A stretch of DNA of 64,000 nt from Candidatus Bathyarchaeia archaeon (GTDB taxonomy: Archaea; Thermoproteota; Bathyarchaeia; Bathyarchaeales; Bathycorpusculaceae). How positions within the stretch are numbered: the stretch's first letter is position 1; each line of letters begins with the position of its first letter. A program made the translations under genes and the position numbers. Shown here piece by piece: positions 41,102 to 49,959 of this stretch. Where the stretch lies: contig JBEKSS010000002.1 in the NCBI GenBank assembly GCA_049516875.1, positions 32,001 to 96,000 on the forward strand, written 5' to 3'. The notes beneath the pieces were generated by a model. The model saw nothing but the letters and a program-made list of their open reading frames with translations, was not told where the DNA came from and searched no databases.

Positions 41102-42316
41102 GTGGGCGAAGTAATGACCGTTCAAAAAAGAAAGAATTCCCAAAAGATATCACCTCTTTGGGTGAGCTTTACAATTTTGGATGTTTTCCTTCATAAAACA
41201 GCTCTTTTAGACATCTTGAGAAAGTTTGCAGAATTCGGACATAAACCTTGTCTCATAGCGGTTCGATCAAGGAATGCGTATCGAAATGAAGATCCACCAG
41301 TGCGCATAATCTCTGTTCCCTTAAGATATGTGCCGCTTGTTTCGCGGGTTATGTTTACTATCATGCTGGTCTTATTTTTACCTCTCTTTATTGTCGTTTC
41401 AAGGCCAGACTTCATCATTTTTGAGCCTGAAATTCATATTCTTGCCTGTTTTCCGGGTCTTTTTGTTTCCAAGTTTAGAAAGGTAAAGGCTGTTTTGGAT
41501 ATTAGAACCGTACCAGTTGAGACTGTGGGATTTCGAGGTTTTCTGCAAAAATTCTGGTTCTCTGTGTCCATTCTTGTAGCTAAGAAATTGTTTGACGGCA
41601 TAACAATTATTACTCCCTCAATGAAGAAAAAAATCTGCAATGACTTCGACTTAAATCCAGACAACGTAGGAGTATGGACATCTGGAGTTTCCGATAGTCT
41701 ATTCAACCCTAAAAATTCCATTCCAGAGAACGCAGAATTGAAAAGAAGGCTGGGATTGACCGGGAAATTTGTTGTTTTCTATCATGGAGTTTTTACTCCT
41801 ACCCGTGGATTGACAGAAACCATTGACGCCATTAAAATATTAATACCCAAATATCCTGACATTGTGTTCTTTCTTCTGGGAGCTGGGCCTTCAGCTTCTA
41901 CGCTGAGCGCCTTGATTCAGAAGGAGGGTCTTCAAGGAAAGGTTATTATCGCCAATCCAGTGGATCACTCGGAAGTTCCGAAGTTTATCGGCATGTGTGA
42001 CGTAGGAATCGTTCCATTGCCTGATCATCCTTATTGGAGGTTTCAGAGCCCACTAAAACTTTTAGAATACTTGGCCATGGAAAAAGTTGTTATTTTGACA
42101 GACATTCCAGCTCATCGGGCCGTAATAGGTGAAGCAAAATGCGGTGTCTATATCTCGTCAGTCAACCAGATGGAAATAGCAAAAGCAATAGAATGTGCTT
42201 ACCTCAACAAGGATTCTCTTAAGGAATGGGGAAAAATCGGTCGGGAAATCGTCAAAAGAGAATATACGTGGGAAAAAGTGGCAGAGAATCTGGAAAATTA
42301 TCTTCTATCGATTTAA
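41102..42316 (+). CDS. GT4 glycosyltransferase
   Basis: YHGVFTPTRG, SPLKLLEYLAM, YTWEKVAE. Confidence 0.9.
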   Translation: MGEVMTVQKRKNSQKISPLWVSFTILDVFLHKTALLDILRKFAEFGHKPCLIAVRSRNAYRNEDPPVRIISVPLRYVPLVSRVMFTIMLVLFLPLFIVVSRPDFIIFEPEIHILACFPGLFVSKFRKVKAVLDIRTVPVETVGFRGFLQKFWFSVSILVAKKLFDGITIITPSMKKKICNDFDLNPDNVGVWTSGVSDSLFNPKNSIPENAELKRRLGLTGKFVVFYHGVFTPTRGLTETIDAIKILIPKYPDIVFFLLGAGPSASTLSALIQKEGLQGKVIIANPVDHSEVPKFIGMCDVGIVPLPDHPYWRFQSPLKLLEYLAMEKVVILTDIPAHRAVIGEAKCGVYISSVNQMEIAKAIECAYLNKDSLKEWGKIGREIVKREYTWEKVAENLENYLLSI

Positions 42317-42507
42317 GAACTGCGCGCCCTAATAGAAGCAATTTCTGCCACAAAGGCTTACGATCGCGCGCGCTCAGAATCATGAAACAAATGGCCTCAA
42401 CGAAAGTAAGGCGAGCTACTGCGCGCGCTAGGATAGCCTCAAAGGTGGCAGTATATATGTGATTATATCATCTTGGGTCATTCCGTCAATCGATTAGTGT
42501 TCTTAGG

Positions 42508-43698
42508 GTGGTATATTTGACTGGAGATGTTAGGAAAACTAGAAAACCTAGAATTGCGGTCATTGGTTCGCGTGGGATTCCAGCAACTTACGGCGGGTTT
42601 GAGACCATAGCTCAAGAGCTAAGTTCGGGATTAGTCAAGAAAGGATTTGAGGTATATGTAAGCTGCGAATCAAAAGGGTTCAAGATCAAGCCTTACGGGA
42701 ATTATCAGGGTGTAAGGCTTGTTTATTTCCCGGTAGTCAACAGTTTGCGAAGTCTTTCAGAAGTGTTCGTATATGATTCATTGTCGGTTTTGTGGACAAC
42801 GCTACGGGTCGATATCATATACATGTTAGGCTATTCCAGTGTTCTAACTTTAATTTTCCCAAAGCTTTTGGGGAGGGTAGTGCTGGTTAATGTTGATGGC
42901 TTGGAGGCTGCAAGACCAAAATTTAATCCATTGCTACGGTTCTTTTATCGCTCTTTTGAGAAATTCGTGACGAAGATAGCCGGGCATATAATTGTAGATT
43001 CCAAGACTATGGGTTTTTATTATCGGCGAAACTATGGAGTGGCACCTATTTATATCCCAAATGGTGGTGGATGCACACTCACTATTAAACCTCTTGATTC
43101 TACGATATTGAAAGCTTATGGCCTTGAAAAAAGGAAGTATTATTTGTTTATTGCAAGACTCACGCCTGATAATAGTATTGACTTGATAATTGATGCATTC
43201 AAGAGGACTAATTCACGAAAGAAATTAATCGTTGTTGGCCCCCTTGTAAAAAACAGTTTCGTCAAAAGATTATTGGCAAACAGAGACGAAAGGGTAGTTT
43301 TTCTTGGAGGCATATATGAGCCCAGACTCCAAAGAACGCTACGTTACAACTGCTACGCTTATATACATGGTCACCAAATGGGCGGTACAAGTGTCTCGTT
43401 GGTTGAAGCAATGAGTTGCAGCAATACTATTCTGGCTTTGGATACTTACAGCAATAGGGAAGTTGCCGAAACTTCAGCAATATACTTCAAAAAGGATGCT
43501 GAAGATTTAAAAGAGAAAATTGAAGCTTTGGAAGAAACCCAGTCCTGCGTTCAAGTTAATGAGACTGCGTATCTTCTTTACCAAAAGAAGTATTCATTGG
43601 ACAACACGGTGGGTAAATTTATTGATGTAATTGAAAATATCGCAGAAGCAAAGAGTCTGGCTCACAAGTATTGTCCATTGGCTTCCAACTTTCGCTAA
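42508..43698 (+). CDS. GT4 glycosyltransferase, DUF1972 (rhamnosyltransferase-like)
   Basis: IGSRGIPATYGGFET, NVDGLE, HGHQMGGTSVSLVEAM. Confidence 0.9.
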   Translation: MVYLTGDVRKTRKPRIAVIGSRGIPATYGGFETIAQELSSGLVKKGFEVYVSCESKGFKIKPYGNYQGVRLVYFPVVNSLRSLSEVFVYDSLSVLWTTLRVDIIYMLGYSSVLTLIFPKLLGRVVLVNVDGLEAARPKFNPLLRFFYRSFEKFVTKIAGHIIVDSKTMGFYYRRNYGVAPIYIPNGGGCTLTIKPLDSTILKAYGLEKRKYYLFIARLTPDNSIDLIIDAFKRTNSRKKLIVVGPLVKNSFVKRLLANRDERVVFLGGIYEPRLQRTLRYNCYAYIHGHQMGGTSVSLVEAMSCSNTILALDTYSNREVAETSAIYFKKDAEDLKEKIEALEETQSCVQVNETAYLLYQKKYSLDNTVGKFIDVIENIAEAKSLAHKYCPLASNFR

Positions 43699-43751
43699 AG
43701 AAGTTAATACTGTGTTTATGGAAGATGATGTAACCTAGGCGGAGACAAAAA

Positions 43752-44627
43752 ATGAAGATACTTGTAACAGGAGCAGCAGGAATGCTCGGCAGTGCTCTAT
43801 GTCCCACGCTAACGCGAAGAGGACACACTGTGTTCTCGACGGATTTAGCCCCAGATGAAGGAATTGAATACTTGGACGTTAGAGATTATAAGCAAATAGA
43901 AACGTCCGTCAGGAAGGTTAAGCCCGATATGGTTATGCATCTAGCAGCTGAGACAGATGTGGATAAGTGTGAACTTGAACCTGATCATGCATTTCTGACA
44001 AATACTATAGGCACTCAGAATGTAGCTCTAGTGTGTCAAAAACGGGGCATTGTGATGGTTTACATTAGTACTATAGGTGTCTTTTATGGGGATAAGCCTG
44101 AACCCTACACGGAGTTTGATAACCCCAATCCGATTAATGTTTATGGTCGAAGTAAGCTTGAAGGCGAGAAGATTGTTCAGAGTCTATTGGAAAGGTACTA
44201 CATAGTTCGAGCGGGTTGGATGGTTGGTGGCGGTCCTGAAAAGGATAAGAAATTTATCGGTAAAATTATGAAACGAATGAATGAAACAACTGTACTGAAG
44301 GCTGTCAATGATAAAATAGGAAGCCCCACATATACTGTTGACTTTTCCAGCTGCTTGGCCGATCTTGTTGAAACCGGATATTATGGCCTTTATCACTGTA
44401 CTAACAAAGGTTATGGTTCAAGATTTGATGTCGCCCAAAAAATTGTCGATTTCTTGGGAAGATCTGGTGTGACCGTTGAGCCTGTTGGTTCTGCGCATTT
44501 TCCTTTGCCTGCAGCACGGGCAAGATCAGAAATGTCCAGAAACTATAAGCTTGAACTGCTCGGCAAGGATACGATGAGGAATTGGGAAGACGCTCTCAAA
44601 GAATACATAAATTCGTGTTGGAAATAA
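43752..44627 (+). CDS. rfbD: Second dTDP-4-dehydrorhamnose reductase-family protein
   Basis: GAAGMLG, TDVDKCE, YGRSK, GSPTYT. Confidence 0.85.
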   Translation: MKILVTGAAGMLGSALCPTLTRRGHTVFSTDLAPDEGIEYLDVRDYKQIETSVRKVKPDMVMHLAAETDVDKCELEPDHAFLTNTIGTQNVALVCQKRGIVMVYISTIGVFYGDKPEPYTEFDNPNPINVYGRSKLEGEKIVQSLLERYYIVRAGWMVGGGPEKDKKFIGKIMKRMNETTVLKAVNDKIGSPTYTVDFSSCLADLVETGYYGLYHCTNKGYGSRFDVAQKIVDFLGRSGVTVEPVGSAHFPLPAARARSEMSRNYKLELLGKDTMRNWEDALKEYINSCWK

Positions 44628-44779
44628 GCTTGCGTTCAATTGAAGTTCTGCTGAGTTTTCCTTTTTCCATCTTTTCATTTCTTTCCTTCTTCCAGCTTAA
44701 GCTTAGATGTAAGTCCTAGTTCGACCATCAAAAAGAGTTACCTACGCTAAATCAAGCGGCACTTATCGGGACTTACGCC

Positions 44780-46024
44780 TTGTTCCCTATCATAATCCTT
44801 GATGATTTTCAAAAAAGCACCAAGATGTATGTTATGGAAGTAGTACTATTAAATCATGACTATCCTCCGTTTATTTTCGGCGGAGTTGGGACTTTTGTGC
44901 ATGAACTGGCAAAGGGTCTTTCGCGCAATGGTGTAAAGGTTCATGTGATAACTGGATATAATGAAGACATTAGTTCAATGGGCAGTTTTGGGTTCCAGCG
45001 AAGTACAGAAGATGATATAGACGTTCTGAGATTCTCCTATCCGAATATTCCTCCTAGACACACGGTTTTTCAAGTGTGGAACATAAAGAAAATACTGAAA
45101 GTCATCCGAGATCTTGATGTAGACGTCATCCATGGTCAATGCAGCGCCACTTATCCAGCACTACCTCTTCTAAGAAGAGAGGCACCAGTCCTTGTCACTT
45201 TTCATACGAGTCCGATGATGCAGAAAATAGCGAGTACGCAATCGATTTTTCGTGGAGGAAGCTTTAGGGATTTCTGGACAAATTTGGTCGGTTATCACGC
45301 ATATCATTTTGCATTTCTCAAAGAGCTTCAAGGCTCAGATGCAGCAGTTACTGTTTCAAGAGCTCTAAAATCTGAGATTTTAGCAGAAATGGGCGAAAAA
45401 TATGCGGACAAAATACAGTACATACACAATGGTGTTGACCTTCAATCTCTTGACAAAGAATATGAAGAGGCTGAAACAGGGGCCACAGAATCTGAAAAAA
45501 CAATACTCTTTGCGGGTCGTCTATTCTGGCTAAAAGGCGCGTTGAGCATTATTGAAATGGCTTACTTACTGCAAAAGAACAAGACAAAATTCAAGATAAT
45601 TGTCCACGGAACCGGCCCGCTTTTCAATAAAATGCGGGAATACATAAGTTCACTAGGGTTGAGAAATATAGACCTTAAGGGCTTTGCCACAAAGCCACAA
45701 CTCATGAATAGCATGAAACAATGCGCATTTGTCGCAATTCCAAGCATGTATGAAGCGTGTCCAATGATACTTCTTGAGAGTATGTGTTTGGGGAAGATTC
45801 CTCTAATGCTAAAACTCCCGTTCTCCTCCGAACTTACTGAGGACGGAAAATATGGAATACTTGGCGACGGAGTAAAAAGTCTGACAGATCGGCTAATAAC
45901 ACTGGAGAATACTCATTCCCTGAGCCAATTAAGTAACAAAATTCGAATATTTGCTAGGAATCTCTACAACATGGACAAGGTAACCCAAAAATATATCGCG
46001 ATGTATCGCGATATATTTTCATAA
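44780..46024 (+). CDS. GT4 glycosyltransferase
   Basis: DYPPFIFGGVG, IHNGVD, FAGRL, PSMYEACPMILLESM; true start probably near 44830. Confidence 0.9.
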   Translation: MFPIIILDDFQKSTKMYVMEVVLLNHDYPPFIFGGVGTFVHELAKGLSRNGVKVHVITGYNEDISSMGSFGFQRSTEDDIDVLRFSYPNIPPRHTVFQVWNIKKILKVIRDLDVDVIHGQCSATYPALPLLRREAPVLVTFHTSPMMQKIASTQSIFRGGSFRDFWTNLVGYHAYHFAFLKELQGSDAAVTVSRALKSEILAEMGEKYADKIQYIHNGVDLQSLDKEYEEAETGATESEKTILFAGRLFWLKGALSIIEMAYLLQKNKTKFKIIVHGTGPLFNKMREYISSLGLRNIDLKGFATKPQLMNSMKQCAFVAIPSMYEACPMILLESMCLGKIPLMLKLPFSSELTEDGKYGILGDGVKSLTDRLITLENTHSLSQLSNKIRIFARNLYNMDKVTQKYIAMYRDIFS

Positions 46025-46260
46025 TGGGTTCAAGTGAACAATTGGCGCGCACCGGCTTATTGCTAAATCGATCGATCTTTGTGTCAACCAGTTTGTCCAG
46101 AATTCAAGAAACGGAATTGAAACCATTCTTGACCATTTTTTACCCTTTTCGGAACAGCCATGCGCCCCATGGGCATGGTTAAATATTCTCTCCCAGTTAA
46201 CAATGGGCATGTTTAAATATTCTTCTCGATTTCTTATGGATTGGGAGAAGGTTAGGCTAT

Positions 46261-47625
46261 ATGCGGATTCACACAGCGTGCTTGTCCCGTGTTTTTCTAG
46301 TTCTCTTGCTTCTTTCTCTGCTTGAGGTAGGGTTCAAGGTTTCTGTGGCTTTTGCAGCCGAAGTAGGTTCTGGTCCACGTCTTCCTGACCTTAACGGTGA
46401 TGGCGTTGTTGATATGCGTGATATAGCTATAGCTATACGCGCTTGTGGTTCCCAGGCGGGGGATCCTAATTGGAACAGTGCAGCTGACCTTAATTATGAT
46501 GGCGTGGTGAATATGGACGATGTTGCCGCCATAGTAAAAGATTTTGCGAAGAAGTGCAGAACGTATGACTTTAACGATATGTCGGACTGGATTGTGAGTG
46601 GTGGAAACTGGAGTGTACAGAATGGTACTCTTGAGGGATCCAGCAGCTATGACGGTTTGATTTACGTTGGGGACGCTGCGTGGAAAGATTCCGCGTTCAC
46701 TGCGAGGCTGAAGTTTGCAGGGGACAGCGAGTATACGGAGGCCGCTGTTGCGTTTTTAGCGCGCGCGCGTGACCCGAACAATTTCTATTATGCGGGACTC
46801 GGCTGCTGGGGTCATAGAGTCTCGATTTCAACTAGGGTAGGTGGTGTCTGGCGGGAGTTGGCGTTCAGCGGTGACGTAGCAGACGTTGAGAAAGATGTTT
46901 GGTACGTTTTAGCGGTAAAAGTTTCTGGTGGTGCGATTATGCTGTACTTGGACGGCTCCTTGGAATTGTCGGTGAATGATTCGACTTTTGTATCAGGCTC
47001 TGTTGGGATAAGCATCTGGGATTCACATGTGATCGTCGACTATGTGACTGCCATCGGGACAATCGATCGATCGAATGCAAATTTGGCCGTTATTCCGGAC
47101 GATTGGTATTATACGCAATATCCAAACATCCATTTAGACTATGACGTTGTACGTACGCCAGGAGATCCAAGCATCCGCCTTGAACCTCATACCGCGAATG
47201 ACACGAATAGCGCCCGAGAGGTTGATGGCAAATGGTATGACATTAAGCCTGGCGATCACGTTGTTGCTAAATGCTGGATGAGAGTCTTAACAGGGCCTTC
47301 AACCTATGGTTATCCCTATTGCGGAGCGCGAATCGGAATAGACTTCTATGGAGGTTCACCATACCGACTTTTAGACGCAGCCCAATTCTGGAGTGACTAT
47401 TATGGTGGTGATTTCAGTAAAGGATATGTGCAGGATTCTAATGGAGGTGCTTGGCAACAGAGGATGATCGACATTGTCGTTCCTGCAACTGTAGGCGACT
47501 CTGCTGGCAATCCTCAAGTGCCCACTCAATTTGTTTTGTGGCTGCAAGGTGCGCCTTGGATTGTAGATTCAACCTCCACTTCAGTTTGGTTCGCCGACGC
47601 TGAACTGTACATTAATCCAACATGA
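46261..47625 (+). CDS. Secreted protein: dockerin, lectin/DUF1080-like domain, conserved C-terminal domain (paralog B)
   Basis: DLNGDGVVDMRD and DLNYDGVVNMDD dockerin; GNWSVQNG...GSVGI beta-sandwich; shared C-terminal domain. Confidence 0.8.
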   Translation: MRIHTACLSRVFLVLLLLSLLEVGFKVSVAFAAEVGSGPRLPDLNGDGVVDMRDIAIAIRACGSQAGDPNWNSAADLNYDGVVNMDDVAAIVKDFAKKCRTYDFNDMSDWIVSGGNWSVQNGTLEGSSSYDGLIYVGDAAWKDSAFTARLKFAGDSEYTEAAVAFLARARDPNNFYYAGLGCWGHRVSISTRVGGVWRELAFSGDVADVEKDVWYVLAVKVSGGAIMLYLDGSLELSVNDSTFVSGSVGISIWDSHVIVDYVTAIGTIDRSNANLAVIPDDWYYTQYPNIHLDYDVVRTPGDPSIRLEPHTANDTNSAREVDGKWYDIKPGDHVVAKCWMRVLTGPSTYGYPYCGARIGIDFYGGSPYRLLDAAQFWSDYYGGDFSKGYVQDSNGGAWQQRMIDIVVPATVGDSAGNPQVPTQFVLWLQGAPWIVDSTSTSVWFADAELYINPT

Positions 47626-47772
47626 GGTGTAGGTATAAGTAACCGAAAAGTTCATACGTAGACGGTTTCGTTTCATCCTGTCTTTGGCTATCCAAATGGT
47701 GGTCTAAGTCAACCTTTCGCTGGTCCATGTATTAGCGCGCGCGCTTAGCGAATAACGATCGATCTTCATGGA

Positions 47773-48564
47773 TTGGTGGAGAATAATATGGATGACGATA
47801 CTTACTTACCTACAAGACGCGAATTAGAAGATTATTATGAGGTAAAAGAGGTTGATCGAAGACTTTCGTATTTCCTTGTCACCTCTTCTTCGATAACGTG
47901 TGACGTTGGCGGAAGTATAGGAATTGATGCTTTGCCCCTGGCAAGGCTCGGGTCTCTGTGCATTTGCGTAGACATTAACAAGGGTCATGTCAAAGCAGGG
48001 AAAACTCTGTCCAAGAAAAAAGTTTTCATGAACAAGCTGGAGTTCGTCGTAGCTAGCGCGACTCATTTACCCTTCAAAGATTCTTCACTTGATCTGGTTA
48101 CTTGTTTTTCTGTTCTGGATCATCTCCCAAGTAAAGAGGATGCCTGTTTGGCAGTAAATGAGTTTTCAAGAGTGGTTAGGGATTTCAAGTACGTCGTTGT
48201 CACAGTTCCGAATAGACTTTTTCTCATAGGAACTGTATTCATGAGATTGAAACAGCTTCTCGACTCTGATGCTTACTTTGAGCAAAGATTCACTCCGCAA
48301 GAAATGCAGAAAATGATGGTTATGTCGGGGCTTACGCCACTAGCTCTGGATTCAAAATACCCAACCAGCGCGCGCGGGGTTTTGAAAGAAAGCAATTTGC
48401 CAAGGATCATGAGTAAAATTCCACCGAAAATATTCGATCCTGTGCTTCTGATAGCAGAGAGTGTGTCCCGAAAACTGGAGAAAAGAATTTGGTTAAGGCT
48501 ATTTGGCGCAAGGTTTGGATACCTGTCTCAAAAAAGAGTTGATAACTATGATCGATCGATTTAA
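47773..48564 (+). CDS. Class I SAM-dependent methyltransferase
   Basis: CDVGGSIG, ATHLPFKDSSLDLV, SVLDHL, VTVPN. Confidence 0.88.
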   Translation: MVENNMDDDTYLPTRRELEDYYEVKEVDRRLSYFLVTSSSITCDVGGSIGIDALPLARLGSLCICVDINKGHVKAGKTLSKKKVFMNKLEFVVASATHLPFKDSSLDLVTCFSVLDHLPSKEDACLAVNEFSRVVRDFKYVVVTVPNRLFLIGTVFMRLKQLLDSDAYFEQRFTPQEMQKMMVMSGLTPLALDSKYPTSARGVLKESNLPRIMSKIPPKIFDPVLLIAESVSRKLEKRIWLRLFGARFGYLSQKRVDNYDRSI

Positions 48565-49015
48565 CCATTTTGGCACGCAGTTGGAATTCCCACCCTGGGG
48601 ATCCCAGCGCGCGCAGCCGACCTTAATTGTGATGACGTGGTGAATGTTTGCGATGCTGTCATCCTACTCAGAGATCGATCGGTCAGACGAAGGAGCAGAT
48701 TCCAAGAGAAAAGGATAAATAACTACCTCACATAGGCGCGCTATCGCTCGCTCTTTTGAGAAATTGATAAAGAAAATAGCTGATTATATAATTGTAGATT
48801 CAAAGACTATGGATTTCTATTATCGGCGAGACTATTGGGTGGCACCAATCTATATCCCAAATGGTAGCGCGATCGATCGATCGCATACAGTCTGGAAAAT
48901 TATCTTCTATCGATTAGCGAACTGAGGAAGAAATAGAAGCAGTTCTTATCACAAGGGGTTACGACTTCGTTTTCCAGAATCATCAAACAAATGATCTTCA
49001 ATGAAAGCAAGGCGC
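48558..49015 (+). pseudogene. Mosaic of three gene remnants (dockerin; GT4 DUF1972 internal piece; GT4 3' end plus flank)
   Basis: 48558-48676 resembles 46420-46545; 48749-48865 resembles 42949-43065; 48891-49015 resembles 42289-42415. Confidence 0.85.
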
Positions 49016-49207
49016 GTTAGAAAAATGAAATTGTTGAGTCTTGTAACGTGGTTATCGAGATTGAACTGATGCAAAGTCCATTATTTCAAATAGGAGTCGA
49101 TACTGTGTTTATGTTGAACACTTCGACAGAATCATTTATATCAAGAGTTCCGATATCTGAAACAGAAAGAACTTCAGAAAATTGCATTGCGTGCGGATGT
49201 GTAACTA

Positions 49208-49954
49208 GTGGGAAAGAAAGAATGTCTTGCGTTTCTTTTTTGCCTGATACTATGTTATTCTCTTTTCCAAAATATCGTGAGGGCACAGAGTTCATCACAT
49301 TTCAATATATCCTCTCAAGGAAGCATCAATTACACGCCTTCAAATGTAAACTTGGCTGTGATTCCTTATGACCCGAGCTTGCCATATGACAACGGTTGGG
49401 GTGACTATAAAGGGAACATAGTCTGGATGAGTGGAAAACCACAGCTTTGTTTCCTAGACAACAATATTGTTCGAACGGCTGGCAAACCAAGTATACGCCT
49501 TGAGCCAAATTTCAACGGTTGTCCGAATTCTGCACGAGAATGCGATGGCGCATGGTTTTCCATTAAGCCAGGAGACCACATTGTTGCTAAATGCTGGATG
49601 AGAGTCTTAACTGGACCATCAACCTATGGTTATCCTTACTGCGGAGCGCGAATCGGAATAGATTTCGACGGTTATGACGGTGACGGCAAATACGTCATTT
49701 TAGATGCAGCCCAATTCTGGAGTGACTATTATGGTGGTGATTTCAGTAAAGGCTACGTGCAGGATTCTAATGGCGGCGCTTGGCAACAGAGGATAATAGA
49801 CATTGTCGTTCCTGCAACTGTAGGCGACACTCTAAATCGTCCGTGTGTACCTGATACGATGGTTCTGTGGGTACAAGGAGCACCCTGGATTATCAACCCT
49901 ACTGCCAGCAATGTATGGTTTGCTGACGCTGAGTTGTATATTAATCCTGTTTAA
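49208..49954 (+). CDS. Secreted protein consisting only of the conserved C-terminal domain (paralog C)
   Basis: Signal peptide, then NLAVIP...WFADAELYINP domain. Confidence 0.8.
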   Translation: MGKKECLAFLFCLILCYSLFQNIVRAQSSSHFNISSQGSINYTPSNVNLAVIPYDPSLPYDNGWGDYKGNIVWMSGKPQLCFLDNNIVRTAGKPSIRLEPNFNGCPNSARECDGAWFSIKPGDHIVAKCWMRVLTGPSTYGYPYCGARIGIDFDGYDGDGKYVILDAAQFWSDYYGGDFSKGYVQDSNGGAWQQRIIDIVVPATVGDTLNRPCVPDTMVLWVQGAPWIINPTASNVWFADAELYINPV

Positions 49955-49959
49955 GTAAC

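Noticed and set aside
30085-49954. Diversity-generating retroelement (TR/VR) among the three paralogous domains
   Set aside because: Differences are block swaps and synonymous changes, not adenine-specific; all copies are coding; no reverse transcriptase in the window
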